From positions 1 through 27,429 of the IMG/VR virus record IMGVR_UViG_3300017655_000019: a stretch of 27,429 bases of DNA. One strand, 5' to 3'. This stretch comes from a virus (Duplodnaviria > Caudoviricetes). The position numbers were made by a program, and so were the translations under genes. The notes beneath the pieces are model-generated. The model was not told the origin of the DNA and ran no database searches. It was given only the letters and a program-made list of their open reading frames with translations. This document shows positions 17,200-25,185 of the stretch, in pieces. Each line of letters starts with the position of its first letter. Position 1 is the first letter of the stretch.

Positions 17200-17619
17200 T
17201 TAGCTAAAGGCTTGATACTGGATGGTGATGGGCGTCTTCATCCGCCCATCGTCGGGGAACGGTGACGCGAGGTAGGGCTTCCGGCTGATTTGGATTTTCA
17301 GCCCAGCCTCGTAGAGGGTCGTTCCTTTATGGAAATGGTTGATGATGGTCTGGGCCGTCTCCAGAGGGTCGATGACCGCGACACCGGCTTTCCAGTAGAT
17401 CGAGACCTGAAAGATGCCTCGATGCTGCTCCTGCCCTGCCCCCAGTTCGCTATTCGTGGTCGTGTTCGGGATGAAATCGACACGGAGATAGTTGGCGGCC
17501 TTCGTCTGCCCTGGCTGTGGATAATCGACGCCCGGGAAGGCAATGTCGAAACCCGCGTTAAGGTCGATGAGGTGTTTACACAGCGCCTCATAGATCGTTG
17601 CGTCCGTCCCAGCGGCCAT
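17200..17619 (-). CDS. Tail terminator-like protein (DUF4128-like)
   Basis: GIFQVSIYWKAG motif, position before the tail tube, GAGG RBS before ATG17619. Confidence 0.78.
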   Translation of the reverse strand: MAAGTDATIYEALCKHLIDLNAGFDIAFPGVDYPQPGQTKAANYLRVDFIPNTTTNSELGAGQEQHRGIFQVSIYWKAGVAVIDPLETAQTIINHFHKGTTLYEAGLKIQISRKPYLASPFPDDGRMKTPITIQYQAFS

Positions 17620-17632
17620 ATACAAACCTCGA

Positions 17633-17836
17633 ATGTCTGAAAAACCACCGATCAGCGATGGTGAGATTTACGAGCTGCTTCACCGGCTCTGGCTTCAGGT
17701 CGCCGCCGAAAAGGGAGCTACCGAGTACGGCGAGAACACCTTGAAAGCAGCCAGGGTTTCGATATTCACGTTGCAAGCCGCGTTGCTGATGAAGACGGAA
17801 GGCGTCAAAGACCAAACGCCGCTTTCACCGCCTTAG
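17633..17836 (+). CDS. Small antisense hypothetical protein (67 aa)
   Basis: Fills the otherwise empty gap between two tail genes. No obvious RBS. Confidence 0.5.
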   Translation: MSEKPPISDGEIYELLHRLWLQVAAEKGATEYGENTLKAARVSIFTLQAALLMKTEGVKDQTPLSPP

Positions 17837-18260
17837 CCTCTTCCGCTACAATTTCGCGCCAGCGCTGCGCCACGAGTGTCACCCATGGACGAGGCGGCAT
17901 TCCTTCCGTTCCATAATGGACATACGCGCCGTAACTGGCGGTGTAGCCCAGATAAATTGTCTCACCGATCTCGGCGTCGTTGATGACGAGCTCGACGGGT
18001 CCGAAGTCGGGAGTGACGAGAGTGCCGGGGTTATCCAGACTGAGGCGAGGCATTCCACTCTTCGAGGCGACCAGCGATGAAAGAAGAAACCGGGTCCGCT
18101 TGTAAGCGGGGCTTTCGGGCTTCTCGTAGATCATGGATTCAAGCTGTTCGGTCAATTCCCTCGACAGTCGCTGGACAGAGCGCCTGAAAACCGCTTCTTC
18201 AGCTTCCTTCACCTTGTGCACCCAATCCCCAACAGCGGCGGAAAACGACAATTTCGCCAT
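17805..18260 (-). CDS. HK97 gp10-like neck/tail completion protein
   Basis: RTRFLLSS, YTASYGAYVHYGT and PRPWV motifs. Confidence 0.8.
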   Translation of the reverse strand: MAKLSFSAAVGDWVHKVKEAEEAVFRRSVQRLSRELTEQLESMIYEKPESPAYKRTRFLLSSLVASKSGMPRLSLDNPGTLVTPDFGPVELVINDAEIGETIYLGYTASYGAYVHYGTEGMPPRPWVTLVAQRWREIVAEEAKAVKAAFGL

Positions 18261-19303
18261 CAGCGGCCAATCCTAGCGCGGTATTTCCGCAGGCCCGCCG
18301 CGATGTAGTCGATTTCGTAGATGACCTGACAGAGGCATCCGATCTTGTGTCTTGCCGGGATACCTGGCGCGTGGGGGTACATCATCGGCGTACCATCAGC
18401 GGCAATGAATGGCTGATCGAGCGGGATTGGCTCTCCCTTTGCCAGTTGGATATGCTGGAGCCTCGGATGCTCCGAGCCTGAATGCTTCCAGCGCTTCGTG
18501 ACCTCTTGAGCGGTGAACTTTCCGGCCTCGATCTGCTGGCGAATTGCATTGTCGCGGACCGAGAAGAGCGCGGTGCGTGTTTCCTCAAGAGCAATCGTCT
18601 CTCCGCGCAGCAGAAGGTTGCGATCGGATAGCCGGCCGATCATCTTCGCCACCATATCGACAGGCACTGGCTTAACCTCGCGGATGGCCTTGGCCACGGT
18701 TCGATCATAACGCCGGTCTCTCGTCTTCAGATCGAGATAACGGCGCATTCCCTCGACATCGCCGGCCAGCAAGCTTTCGCGCGCTCGGCTGATGAACTCC
18801 ACCTGCCGGGACGTGAGGCCTATCAAGCCCCCTTCCCGCCGTCCGGTCACGCGGCTGATGCGACCAACAACCTCAAGGGCTGTTGCGGTCGGGTTCTGGC
18901 CGCGCGACAGGCCGCTTTCGAATGCGATGCGCAGCGCCTCCCGCTGGTCCTCGGTGATCCGGGTTACAAGCTCCGACGACTGCGACCGAAGCAGCGCCTC
19001 GGCCGCGAGGTTGCGGACGCCGAACTGAAACAGAACCCGCGTGCCATCCGGCCCGACGAGCTTCGGCAGGCTCTCCACCATGTTCACGCCGCCGGCGTTG
19101 AATGCCTCCTGCAAGGCAAGCTCCAGCGCGGCGAACGCCTCAGGTTCGAACTGGATCGCCTGGATAGCACCATAGATGTCGCCGCGCTCCAGCCGCTCGA
19201 CGACGGTCTTTAGGACGATGCCAGACTTGATCGCCTCGATGCACTCGCGAAACGCCGCCGCAAGCCGGGGCTCGTAGCGCTCAAGCAGTTCATCGAAGGT
19301 CAT
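18260..19303 (-). CDS. Minor capsid / head morphogenesis protein (Mu gpF / SPP1 gp7-like)
   Basis: RGETIALEET, KRWKHSG..HPRLQH, MMYPH and IGCLC. Real start at MTFDELL (ATG19303, ATGA overlap). Confidence 0.82.
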   Translation of the reverse strand: MTFDELLERYEPRLAAAFRECIEAIKSGIVLKTVVERLERGDIYGAIQAIQFEPEAFAALELALQEAFNAGGVNMVESLPKLVGPDGTRVLFQFGVRNLAAEALLRSQSSELVTRITEDQREALRIAFESGLSRGQNPTATALEVVGRISRVTGRREGGLIGLTSRQVEFISRARESLLAGDVEGMRRYLDLKTRDRRYDRTVAKAIREVKPVPVDMVAKMIGRLSDRNLLLRGETIALEETRTALFSVRDNAIRQQIEAGKFTAQEVTKRWKHSGSEHPRLQHIQLAKGEPIPLDQPFIAADGTPMMYPHAPGIPARHKIGCLCQVIYEIDYIAAGLRKYRARIGR

Positions 19304-19440
19304 CGATTGCCCTTCTGCGCGGCGAATGCGGCAATGATGGCGGTGATCGCCACAAGACTCTTCATGGCAATGCACAGCAGGATCACTGTGCCGGCGAAGG
19401 TCCAGAACGAATAGAAGATTGCGTTGATCAGATCAGCCAT
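19300..19440 (-). CDS. 46-aa hydrophobic peptide (below the ORF-track cutoff)
   Basis: GAGGG RBS, MADLINAIFYSFWTFAGTVILLCIAMKSLVAITAIIAAFAAQKGNR*, stop overlapping the next ATG. Confidence 0.7.
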   Translation of the reverse strand: MADLINAIFYSFWTFAGTVILLCIAMKSLVAITAIIAAFAAQKGNR

Positions 19441-19452
19441 TCTTTTCCCTCG

Positions 19453-19809
19453 CTACCGCCGCGCCTGCACTTCCCAGAAAACCACCAGCCCGGCGGGCGA
19501 CAGCGGCTTGACGTTGACGATGGCGTGCTCCTCGCCGCCGATCACCACCTTGTCGGCCGTGCTTGGCTCGATCGAGAGGCCGGCGGTGGAGAGGTAGATC
19601 AGCTTATCGCCCCGCATGATGAGGGTGCCGTCGATCTTGTCGTCGGTGTACTGCATGACGGCCAGCTGGCAGGCGTGGTCGATGATGACCGTCTCGGGGT
19701 CATATGCCGGCCCGCTTGTCGTGGTGCGGCGGATGGCGCCGGTCTGGCCGAAGCGAGCGATAAGGCGCTCGGCCGTGGCACGGGTGCGTGCGTAATCGAA
19801 GGTGGCCAT
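19453..19809 (-). CDS. Head closure / head-tail joining protein
   Basis: MATFDYARTRATAERLIARFG...IDGTLIMRGD...PLSPAG...QARR. TGATG overlap with the adaptor. Confidence 0.8.
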   Translation of the reverse strand: MATFDYARTRATAERLIARFGQTGAIRRTTTSGPAYDPETVIIDHACQLAVMQYTDDKIDGTLIMRGDKLIYLSTAGLSIEPSTADKVVIGGEEHAIVNVKPLSPAGLVVFWEVQARR

Positions 19810-20303
19810 CAGACGACCATTATGCCGGGCAGCATCGGCATCAGCAGCGGCCACAGCATGCCCTCAATGAGGGTGACGACCGGTGTGGCGAGCGCAATGA
19901 GGTCATCAATACTGGTGGTCTGGTTGACGCTGTACTCGACTTCGATTTGACCGATCTTCTCACGCTTTACGGTCGAGGTGCCGGTTACGACTGGCGAGAG
20001 ACTGCCGGGGTTCGTCAATTCCAGCCATGCGGCCTCATAGCTGGCGTTGATCACGATCTCCGGAATCTGATCGCTCCCGATGGGCTCACCCCATTGTGTG
20101 GAGGCATCTGTGCGAGGCCAGGCTCGTTCCTGAGCAAGCCCGCCGGCCCTGCGTCCGCTGAACCGCGGCTCGTACCGATCGATCACCAGAGATCCACGTT
20201 GACGCGCTGCGGCGATCTGAGGCGCGGTCGCATCCTCGGGGATGACATAGCCCGCCGCAGCCCAATAGGCCGAAGCCCCTTCGTTCGTGCCGTAGCCAGC
20301 CAT
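19809..20303 (-). CDS. Head-tail adaptor (DnaT-like family of phage connectors)
   Basis: FSGRR..GLAQERAWPR, IP..VINASYEAA and VKREKIGQIEVEY. Confidence 0.82.
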   Translation of the reverse strand: MAGYGTNEGASAYWAAAGYVIPEDATAPQIAAARQRGSLVIDRYEPRFSGRRAGGLAQERAWPRTDASTQWGEPIGSDQIPEIVINASYEAAWLELTNPGSLSPVVTGTSTVKREKIGQIEVEYSVNQTTSIDDLIALATPVVTLIEGMLWPLLMPMLPGIMVV

Positions 20304-20306
20304 GGG

Positions 20307-20669
20307 TTACTCCGCCAGCTTCTCGTCGATCTTCGCCTGCAGTTCCTCGGCATTCCAACCGTGGTAGGGCTTCTTGCCGACGATCTCGGCATAGTCGGCG
20401 CGCAGCTTGGCCAGTTCGTCGGACTGCTCAGCGGACTTGGAACCGCCCTTCTTGCCGTCTTCGTCGTGGTCCAGCGGGTCGGATTTGCTGGGGGCGTCGA
20501 ATAGCTCGACCGCGAGGCTGGCCTTGAGGAGTTGCAGATAGTCACCGGTGAACTCGCCCGGTTCATCCATCGTCGGCCGCGTGATCTCACCGAAAGCAGG
20601 CAAGCGGGCAAATCCCGTCGTTGTCTCAAGGTCGTATGGGCTCGCGGTAAGATTCTTGACGGTGACCAT
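20307..20669 (-). CDS. Capsid-adjacent small protein with C-terminal helix-extension-helix-like tail
   Basis: GAGG RBS before ATG20669. C-terminus LRADYAEIVGKKPYHGWNAEELQAKI. Confidence 0.75.
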   Translation of the reverse strand: MVTVKNLTASPYDLETTTGFARLPAFGEITRPTMDEPGEFTGDYLQLLKASLAVELFDAPSKSDPLDHDEDGKKGGSKSAEQSDELAKLRADYAEIVGKKPYHGWNAEELQAKIDEKLAE

Positions 20670-20691
20670 TTGGAATTCCTCGCTTGGTGGG

Positions 20692-20715
20692 GCGAGCGGC
20701 ACGAATGCCGCCCGC
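20692..20715 (-). terminator. Stem-loop downstream of the major capsid gene
   Basis: GCGGGCGGCA-TTCG-TGCCGCTCGC, a 10-bp stem with one G-U pair. No U-tract, so it may be a stabiliser or partial terminator. Confidence 0.5.
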
Positions 20716-20731
20716 GTGGTTATGACGGCGA

Positions 20732-21712
20732 TCAGGCCGGCGGCTGGCTGATCTGATCGAGATAGCGCATGGCCACCGTCGTCAGCAGCTCGACGCCACC
20801 CGTGCGGAAGATACCCGGAACAGCGAAGTTAAGCGGGCCATCCTGGTAGACCGGCAGGAAGCGATGCGGCATCGGCAGGTGCAGGCGCACATACTCGGCA
20901 TCGTTCTTGTAGGCGACGAGGCGGCCGGCAGTGCCAGCGGCATCGCCCGTGCCGAGTTCGCGAACCGTGCGGATCGTGAGCGGGCGGCCGGTGGTCAGGG
21001 TGTAGATGTTCGTCCGCATCACGAACGACAGGATCGTTTCCATCGTCGTCGCGCTGTAGGGCGTCGCGGCGATGTAATTGTAGGCTTCGATCGGGAGCAA
21101 GATGGTGTCGGCCATCTCGATCTCCTTGGAGTCGAGCCAGACGCCCTGAAGCGCGATGTTGATGTCGCGGACGATCTGCGCCGGGGTCTTCTGACCGACG
21201 CCGGACGAGTCCACCCAGTAGCGGGAGGAACCAGTACCATCGTTCGGCGCATCGGTCTTGGTGACGCCGGAGTAGTTGATCAGGCCGCCGAGCCCCTTCT
21301 CAGTATTGCCCTTGAGGGTCAAGTCGTACATGAACTTCATGTAGGCCAGACGGGCGGCGCGAGCGCGGCGATCCGGCAGGTTGGCGCCGGGGAAGCCCAT
21401 GGTCGTGTTGACCTCTTCGATATTCCACTGGTAGCCGATGGCCGCCAGATGGAAGTTCTTGGTCTGGTAGTTCTGGCTGACGTCGGCCATCGGCACGTCC
21501 TTGGCACCGCCGGCCTGCCAGTTCGCGCGGCCGCTCATGTCGGACGAGTACGTGAGAACACCGGGCGACCACTCGGGGCCAGAGGTATCGACGAAGATCA
21601 GGCGACCGAAATCCCAATCGGGATAGCGGGCCTCGTAGACGGTCTGATTGACCTTGTAGGCCTGCGCGGTGACGAACGCGAGGGCCTGCGCGTCATTGAA
21701 ATGCTGGTTCAT
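20732..21712 (-). CDS. Major capsid protein (DUF2184 family)
   Basis: 326 aa with AIGYQWNIEE, GLGGLIN, RLVAYKND and LPMPHRFLP. Position after the decoration gene. Confidence 0.9.
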   Translation of the reverse strand: MNQHFNDAQALAFVTAQAYKVNQTVYEARYPDWDFGRLIFVDTSGPEWSPGVLTYSSDMSGRANWQAGGAKDVPMADVSQNYQTKNFHLAAIGYQWNIEEVNTTMGFPGANLPDRRARAARLAYMKFMYDLTLKGNTEKGLGGLINYSGVTKTDAPNDGTGSSRYWVDSSGVGQKTPAQIVRDINIALQGVWLDSKEIEMADTILLPIEAYNYIAATPYSATTMETILSFVMRTNIYTLTTGRPLTIRTVRELGTGDAAGTAGRLVAYKNDAEYVRLHLPMPHRFLPVYQDGPLNFAVPGIFRTGGVELLTTVAMRYLDQISQPPA

Positions 21713-21715
21713 GGC

Positions 21716-22195
21716 TTAGGTCCCCGAGACAGAGAGCGAAGGAACCGGACGACGGTAGCGAACGAGGCCGATGGCGCCGGATTTGCCGGCAACCTCGAAC
21801 TGCGCGCCCGGGATGGTGACGACCGTCGCGGACTGAGCCGCACCGGTCCAGGTCTTGTTCGCCGTGTTCCAGCGAGCAGCAGCACCCGCCGTGACGTCGG
21901 CGCCGAGCAGAACGCCGATGACGCCGGATTCGCAGATGGCGACATTGTCATACTGCGCATAGGCGTCCCCGGTGTGGGGCAGAACCTGCGAGGCTTCGGT
22001 GATGCCGATCACATTCTCGCCGTTCGTGGCGGTGATCTCGACGCAGGTATGCTCACCCGTGCCGGGTTTCACCGGAACGCCGAAGCCAAGGGTGCCGGAG
22101 CCTTCCTTGGTACGGGTGATCGCGTTCCATTCCTCCATGTTCGCCCGGCGACCGAGCGCATAGGAGGTGAGAGTGTCCTTGAACGTGAGTGCCAT
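21716..22195 (-). CDS. Capsid decoration/cement protein
   Basis: 159 aa between scaffold and capsid, with FGVPV and YAQYDNVAICESGVIGV. Confidence 0.8.
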   Translation of the reverse strand: MALTFKDTLTSYALGRRANMEEWNAITRTKEGSGTLGFGVPVKPGTGEHTCVEITATNGENVIGITEASQVLPHTGDAYAQYDNVAICESGVIGVLLGADVTAGAAARWNTANKTWTGAAQSATVVTIPGAQFEVAGKSGAIGLVRYRRPVPSLSVSGT

Positions 22196-22198
22196 TGC

Positions 22199-23335
22199 TT
22201 AGGCCTCCTTCTGAGTGCGCCAGGCGTTCATGTCGGTGACGCTGTCCGACCACGCCTTTTCCGAGGCGGTCGCGCCGTCGAGTGTCTGCTTGAGACCATC
22301 CTTGACGACCGCGGCGAACGGGTCGGCCGGCTTCACGTCCTTGGCTATGGCCTTGAACATGCCGGTGATCATGTCATCGGAGGCGTCCTTGATCATGTCG
22401 TCGCCTAGCTTGGCCTTGACGGCGGCGCGACGAAGATCGGCATCGCTGCCCTTGATCTCGATCTTGGCGTCGATGGCCTTCACGGTCTGGACGAGAGCGG
22501 CGCGGTCTGCGACGAGGCGATCCACGTCCTCGGGCTTGAGGGCGGCGTCCTGCGCCTTCTTGAGGTCGGCCTTGAGAGTGCCGATCTCCTGATCCTTGGC
22601 AGCGATGGCCGCGCTGTGGGCGGCGTCGTTGGCGACGATCTTGGCGGCAGAGGATTCGAGATCCTTCTGCAGTTTGGAAATGGCCTGGGCGCCCTGGTCG
22701 GTCGTCTGAACCGACAGTCCGTCCACGACCACAGTCCGAAGTGCTTCAGTCATGTCGACTGTCTCCTTGTCAGTGGTGATTACCGGGGCGGCGCCCCACT
22801 TTCCGGACGCGGCATCGCCGATCCGAGCTTCGGAACCAGCCCGCGCCCGATCAACGATCGCGAGGTGGTTGATCTTGATGTTCGATTGCTGGGCGTCGTA
22901 GGCCGAGCCATCCGGGGCCACGCCGTCGCCCCAGACGAGCTCGCAGGTGTAGCCTGCCGACAGCTCACGCTTGCCGGTCTCAACGGCCTCGATCGCTGCG
23001 GCGTCCTTCAGGATCAGCGGCAGGTGCACCCACTCGCCGTCCTTCTTGGCGGCCGTGCTGACCTCGCCAACGGCGAGCTTCTTCCAATTGTCGGCTGTGA
23101 CGGCCTCTGCCGGGTGATCCATCGTCACGGGGGCGTGCGTGAAGCTCTGGAGGCTGGCATCGGCAAAGACCTGATCGGCGGGGCGGTAGACGCGCACCAC
23201 GGACATATCGGGCTTGCCGACCTCATGGCCGGCATAAAGCTGGATGCCGGTGCGAACCGACCGCGCTTCGGCAACTAGGTATCCATCGGCCGTCCGACGC
23301 GTGCCGGACACCGCTACAGCGTCGGTGAATTGCAT
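22199..23335 (-). CDS. Prohead protease/scaffold (DUF2213 family)
   Basis: RTGIQLY, PVTMDHP, GKRELSAGY and NHLAIVDRARAG, with a coiled-coil C-terminal scaffold. Confidence 0.9.
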   Translation of the reverse strand: MQFTDAVAVSGTRRTADGYLVAEARSVRTGIQLYAGHEVGKPDMSVVRVYRPADQVFADASLQSFTHAPVTMDHPAEAVTADNWKKLAVGEVSTAAKKDGEWVHLPLILKDAAAIEAVETGKRELSAGYTCELVWGDGVAPDGSAYDAQQSNIKINHLAIVDRARAGSEARIGDAASGKWGAAPVITTDKETVDMTEALRTVVVDGLSVQTTDQGAQAISKLQKDLESSAAKIVANDAAHSAAIAAKDQEIGTLKADLKKAQDAALKPEDVDRLVADRAALVQTVKAIDAKIEIKGSDADLRRAAVKAKLGDDMIKDASDDMITGMFKAIAKDVKPADPFAAVVKDGLKQTLDGATASEKAWSDSVTDMNAWRTQKEA

Positions 23336-23338
23336 GGG

Positions 23339-25177
23339 TCAGTCCTCGCGAAGCTCTTCGAAGATTTCCGGGCCGAGTTCGATCTTGCCGCGGAATGGCT
23401 CGACGCCGGTCAGGTCAGGCCCGCCGGCCGCATAACTGATAGTGACGTGCGGCTGGTATTCCTCGCGGTCAGAGGACGCGCCGTTGCGCTTCATGTCCTC
23501 GTGCCGCCACGACAGGGCACTCGACGCGAACGAAAGCACCTTTGCCTCGCCATTGTCGCCGAACGCTTCCATGAGGCGCGGACCACCGGCCGGGATGGTC
23601 AGCCCGCCCTTGCCGTTGTCCGACCAGTTGTCGCCCATCTTCATCCAGTCAACCGGTGTGCGGCTGTAGGTGATGGTGACGTGCAGGTCAGGCACGATGT
23701 CGGTGAAGCCCTGCCCTTCGGCCCACTTGATGATCTCGGCGGCGTTCAGGACGTCACGGCGGACGTAGAGCGTGCGGGGCGCTGCGTCGGCAGCTGCCAG
23801 CTTCTGGTTCGCGGATGGCTGGACCTGGTTGGCAGCCGCTGCGGCCGCGGCAAGTTCCTCTTCCGAAGAATCCTGCTCGCTCAGCTTACCGTACTCCTCA
23901 ATCGCCGCGTCGAGACCGGGCAGCACACCATCCTCAACAAGACGATTGACGAGAGCGTCGGAGACGGCCTCGCGCGGAATGATCTCCTGCCCCGACGTCG
24001 TGCCCACGAGCTGCCGGGCCGCATCGGCTGTCGTCTTGAAGATATCGGCCCGCTCCTTCTCGCTCATCTGCTCCAGAGGTGCCCAGCGATAGTGCACGTC
24101 TGGGTCGCGGACATCGGCCGATCGCTCAAGGCATTCATCGAGCCTCACCATGGCCGGCTGAAACTCCAGCTCCTGCACCGACTGGATGCGGTCGTGGTAG
24201 TTCTTCATGTCCGCCGTTCCGGTCGAGTTCAGGCCGGCCGGCGACTGGCCCAGAAGGCGCGTCACCGGGATATCGGCCGCACCCGCCACGATCTGCAAGA
24301 AGGTCATGAGAACGTCGGGAAGACCAGCGAGTTGCGCCGTCTTCGTCTCATACTCTTCCTCTTTGTCGAGGAGGAGCGTGCCGTTGATGCCCTTGGCCGT
24401 GTTGGCGAGCGTGTACCTCTCCAGCAGTTTGTTGCGATACTCCGCCTGCCCGAGCGAGGCCATGAAGTTCGGAATGCGGATGATATCGATCTTCGCCTCG
24501 AAAACGAGGGAGGCGATGTTCCCCGCCGTGCTGTCGGCATTCTTCACCGCGTCGAGCGTGGACTGAAGTACACTGTCGCCCCAGCCCTGCCAGACATTCG
24601 TGCTGATCTCGTCATCGGCGGGCATCGCCCCTGAGAACATCACCAGCCGCGACGGATGAATGGTGATCCGCTGGCCGTTGTTGCCAGCCAGGGTGTAATT
24701 CATCGGCTTTCCGAACCATTCGGACTCCGGGTTGCGATCGATCTCGCCGGCATTCAGCTTGCGCCGAGTGATCACATTGAGATAGCGGACGCCCCCCTTC
24801 TTGATGCGCTCCACATCGAGCGGTTCGGCAGGATTGGCGTCACCTGTCCCGATATAGACGGCAGCACCACCGAACAGGCGTCCCTTCTTCGCGGCCTCAA
24901 GGATCTTGCCCTTGACGTTCAGGCGCTTCTCTTCCTCCTCAATCGCTTCGATCTGCGGCTTCCTCGCCTGCCAGTCGCGCCACTTGCGGCAAGCGTCGAG
25001 CGCCGGGATATCCACGATCTTCCGCGGCAGCCAAGCCGTGCTGTATGCTGCGATCAGCTGCTCATCGGTAAGGACCGTATGGGCGTAGAAGGTGGTGGCT
25101 GCCTTGTCTCTGTCAGTGCCCATGCGGGACACCAGGCTCGTGAGGCTGTCACGAGCGAAGGCGAATACGTTTCCCAT
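23339..25177 (-). CDS. Portal protein (DUF1073 type) fused to a C-terminal Acb1-like 2H phosphoesterase
   Basis: Portal motifs KIVDIPALD, IHPSRLV and ADIPVTRLLGQSPAGLNSTG. The last 146 aa carry two HxT motifs, LHVTITYSR and PHVTISY. Confidence 0.9.
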   Translation of the reverse strand: MGNVFAFARDSLTSLVSRMGTDRDKAATTFYAHTVLTDEQLIAAYSTAWLPRKIVDIPALDACRKWRDWQARKPQIEAIEEEEKRLNVKGKILEAAKKGRLFGGAAVYIGTGDANPAEPLDVERIKKGGVRYLNVITRRKLNAGEIDRNPESEWFGKPMNYTLAGNNGQRITIHPSRLVMFSGAMPADDEISTNVWQGWGDSVLQSTLDAVKNADSTAGNIASLVFEAKIDIIRIPNFMASLGQAEYRNKLLERYTLANTAKGINGTLLLDKEEEYETKTAQLAGLPDVLMTFLQIVAGAADIPVTRLLGQSPAGLNSTGTADMKNYHDRIQSVQELEFQPAMVRLDECLERSADVRDPDVHYRWAPLEQMSEKERADIFKTTADAARQLVGTTSGQEIIPREAVSDALVNRLVEDGVLPGLDAAIEEYGKLSEQDSSEEELAAAAAAANQVQPSANQKLAAADAAPRTLYVRRDVLNAAEIIKWAEGQGFTDIVPDLHVTITYSRTPVDWMKMGDNWSDNGKGGLTIPAGGPRLMEAFGDNGEAKVLSFASSALSWRHEDMKRNGASSDREEYQPHVTISYAAGGPDLTGVEPFRGKIELGPEIFEELRED

Positions 25178-25185
25178 GGGCTTCC

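Noticed and set aside
20864-24634. Long plus-strand ORFs (514 aa, 434 aa, 220 aa) and similar ones at 1853-2785, 6783-7688 and 10551-11363
   Set aside because: These are antisense shadows of GC3-rich structural genes with no recognisable motifs.
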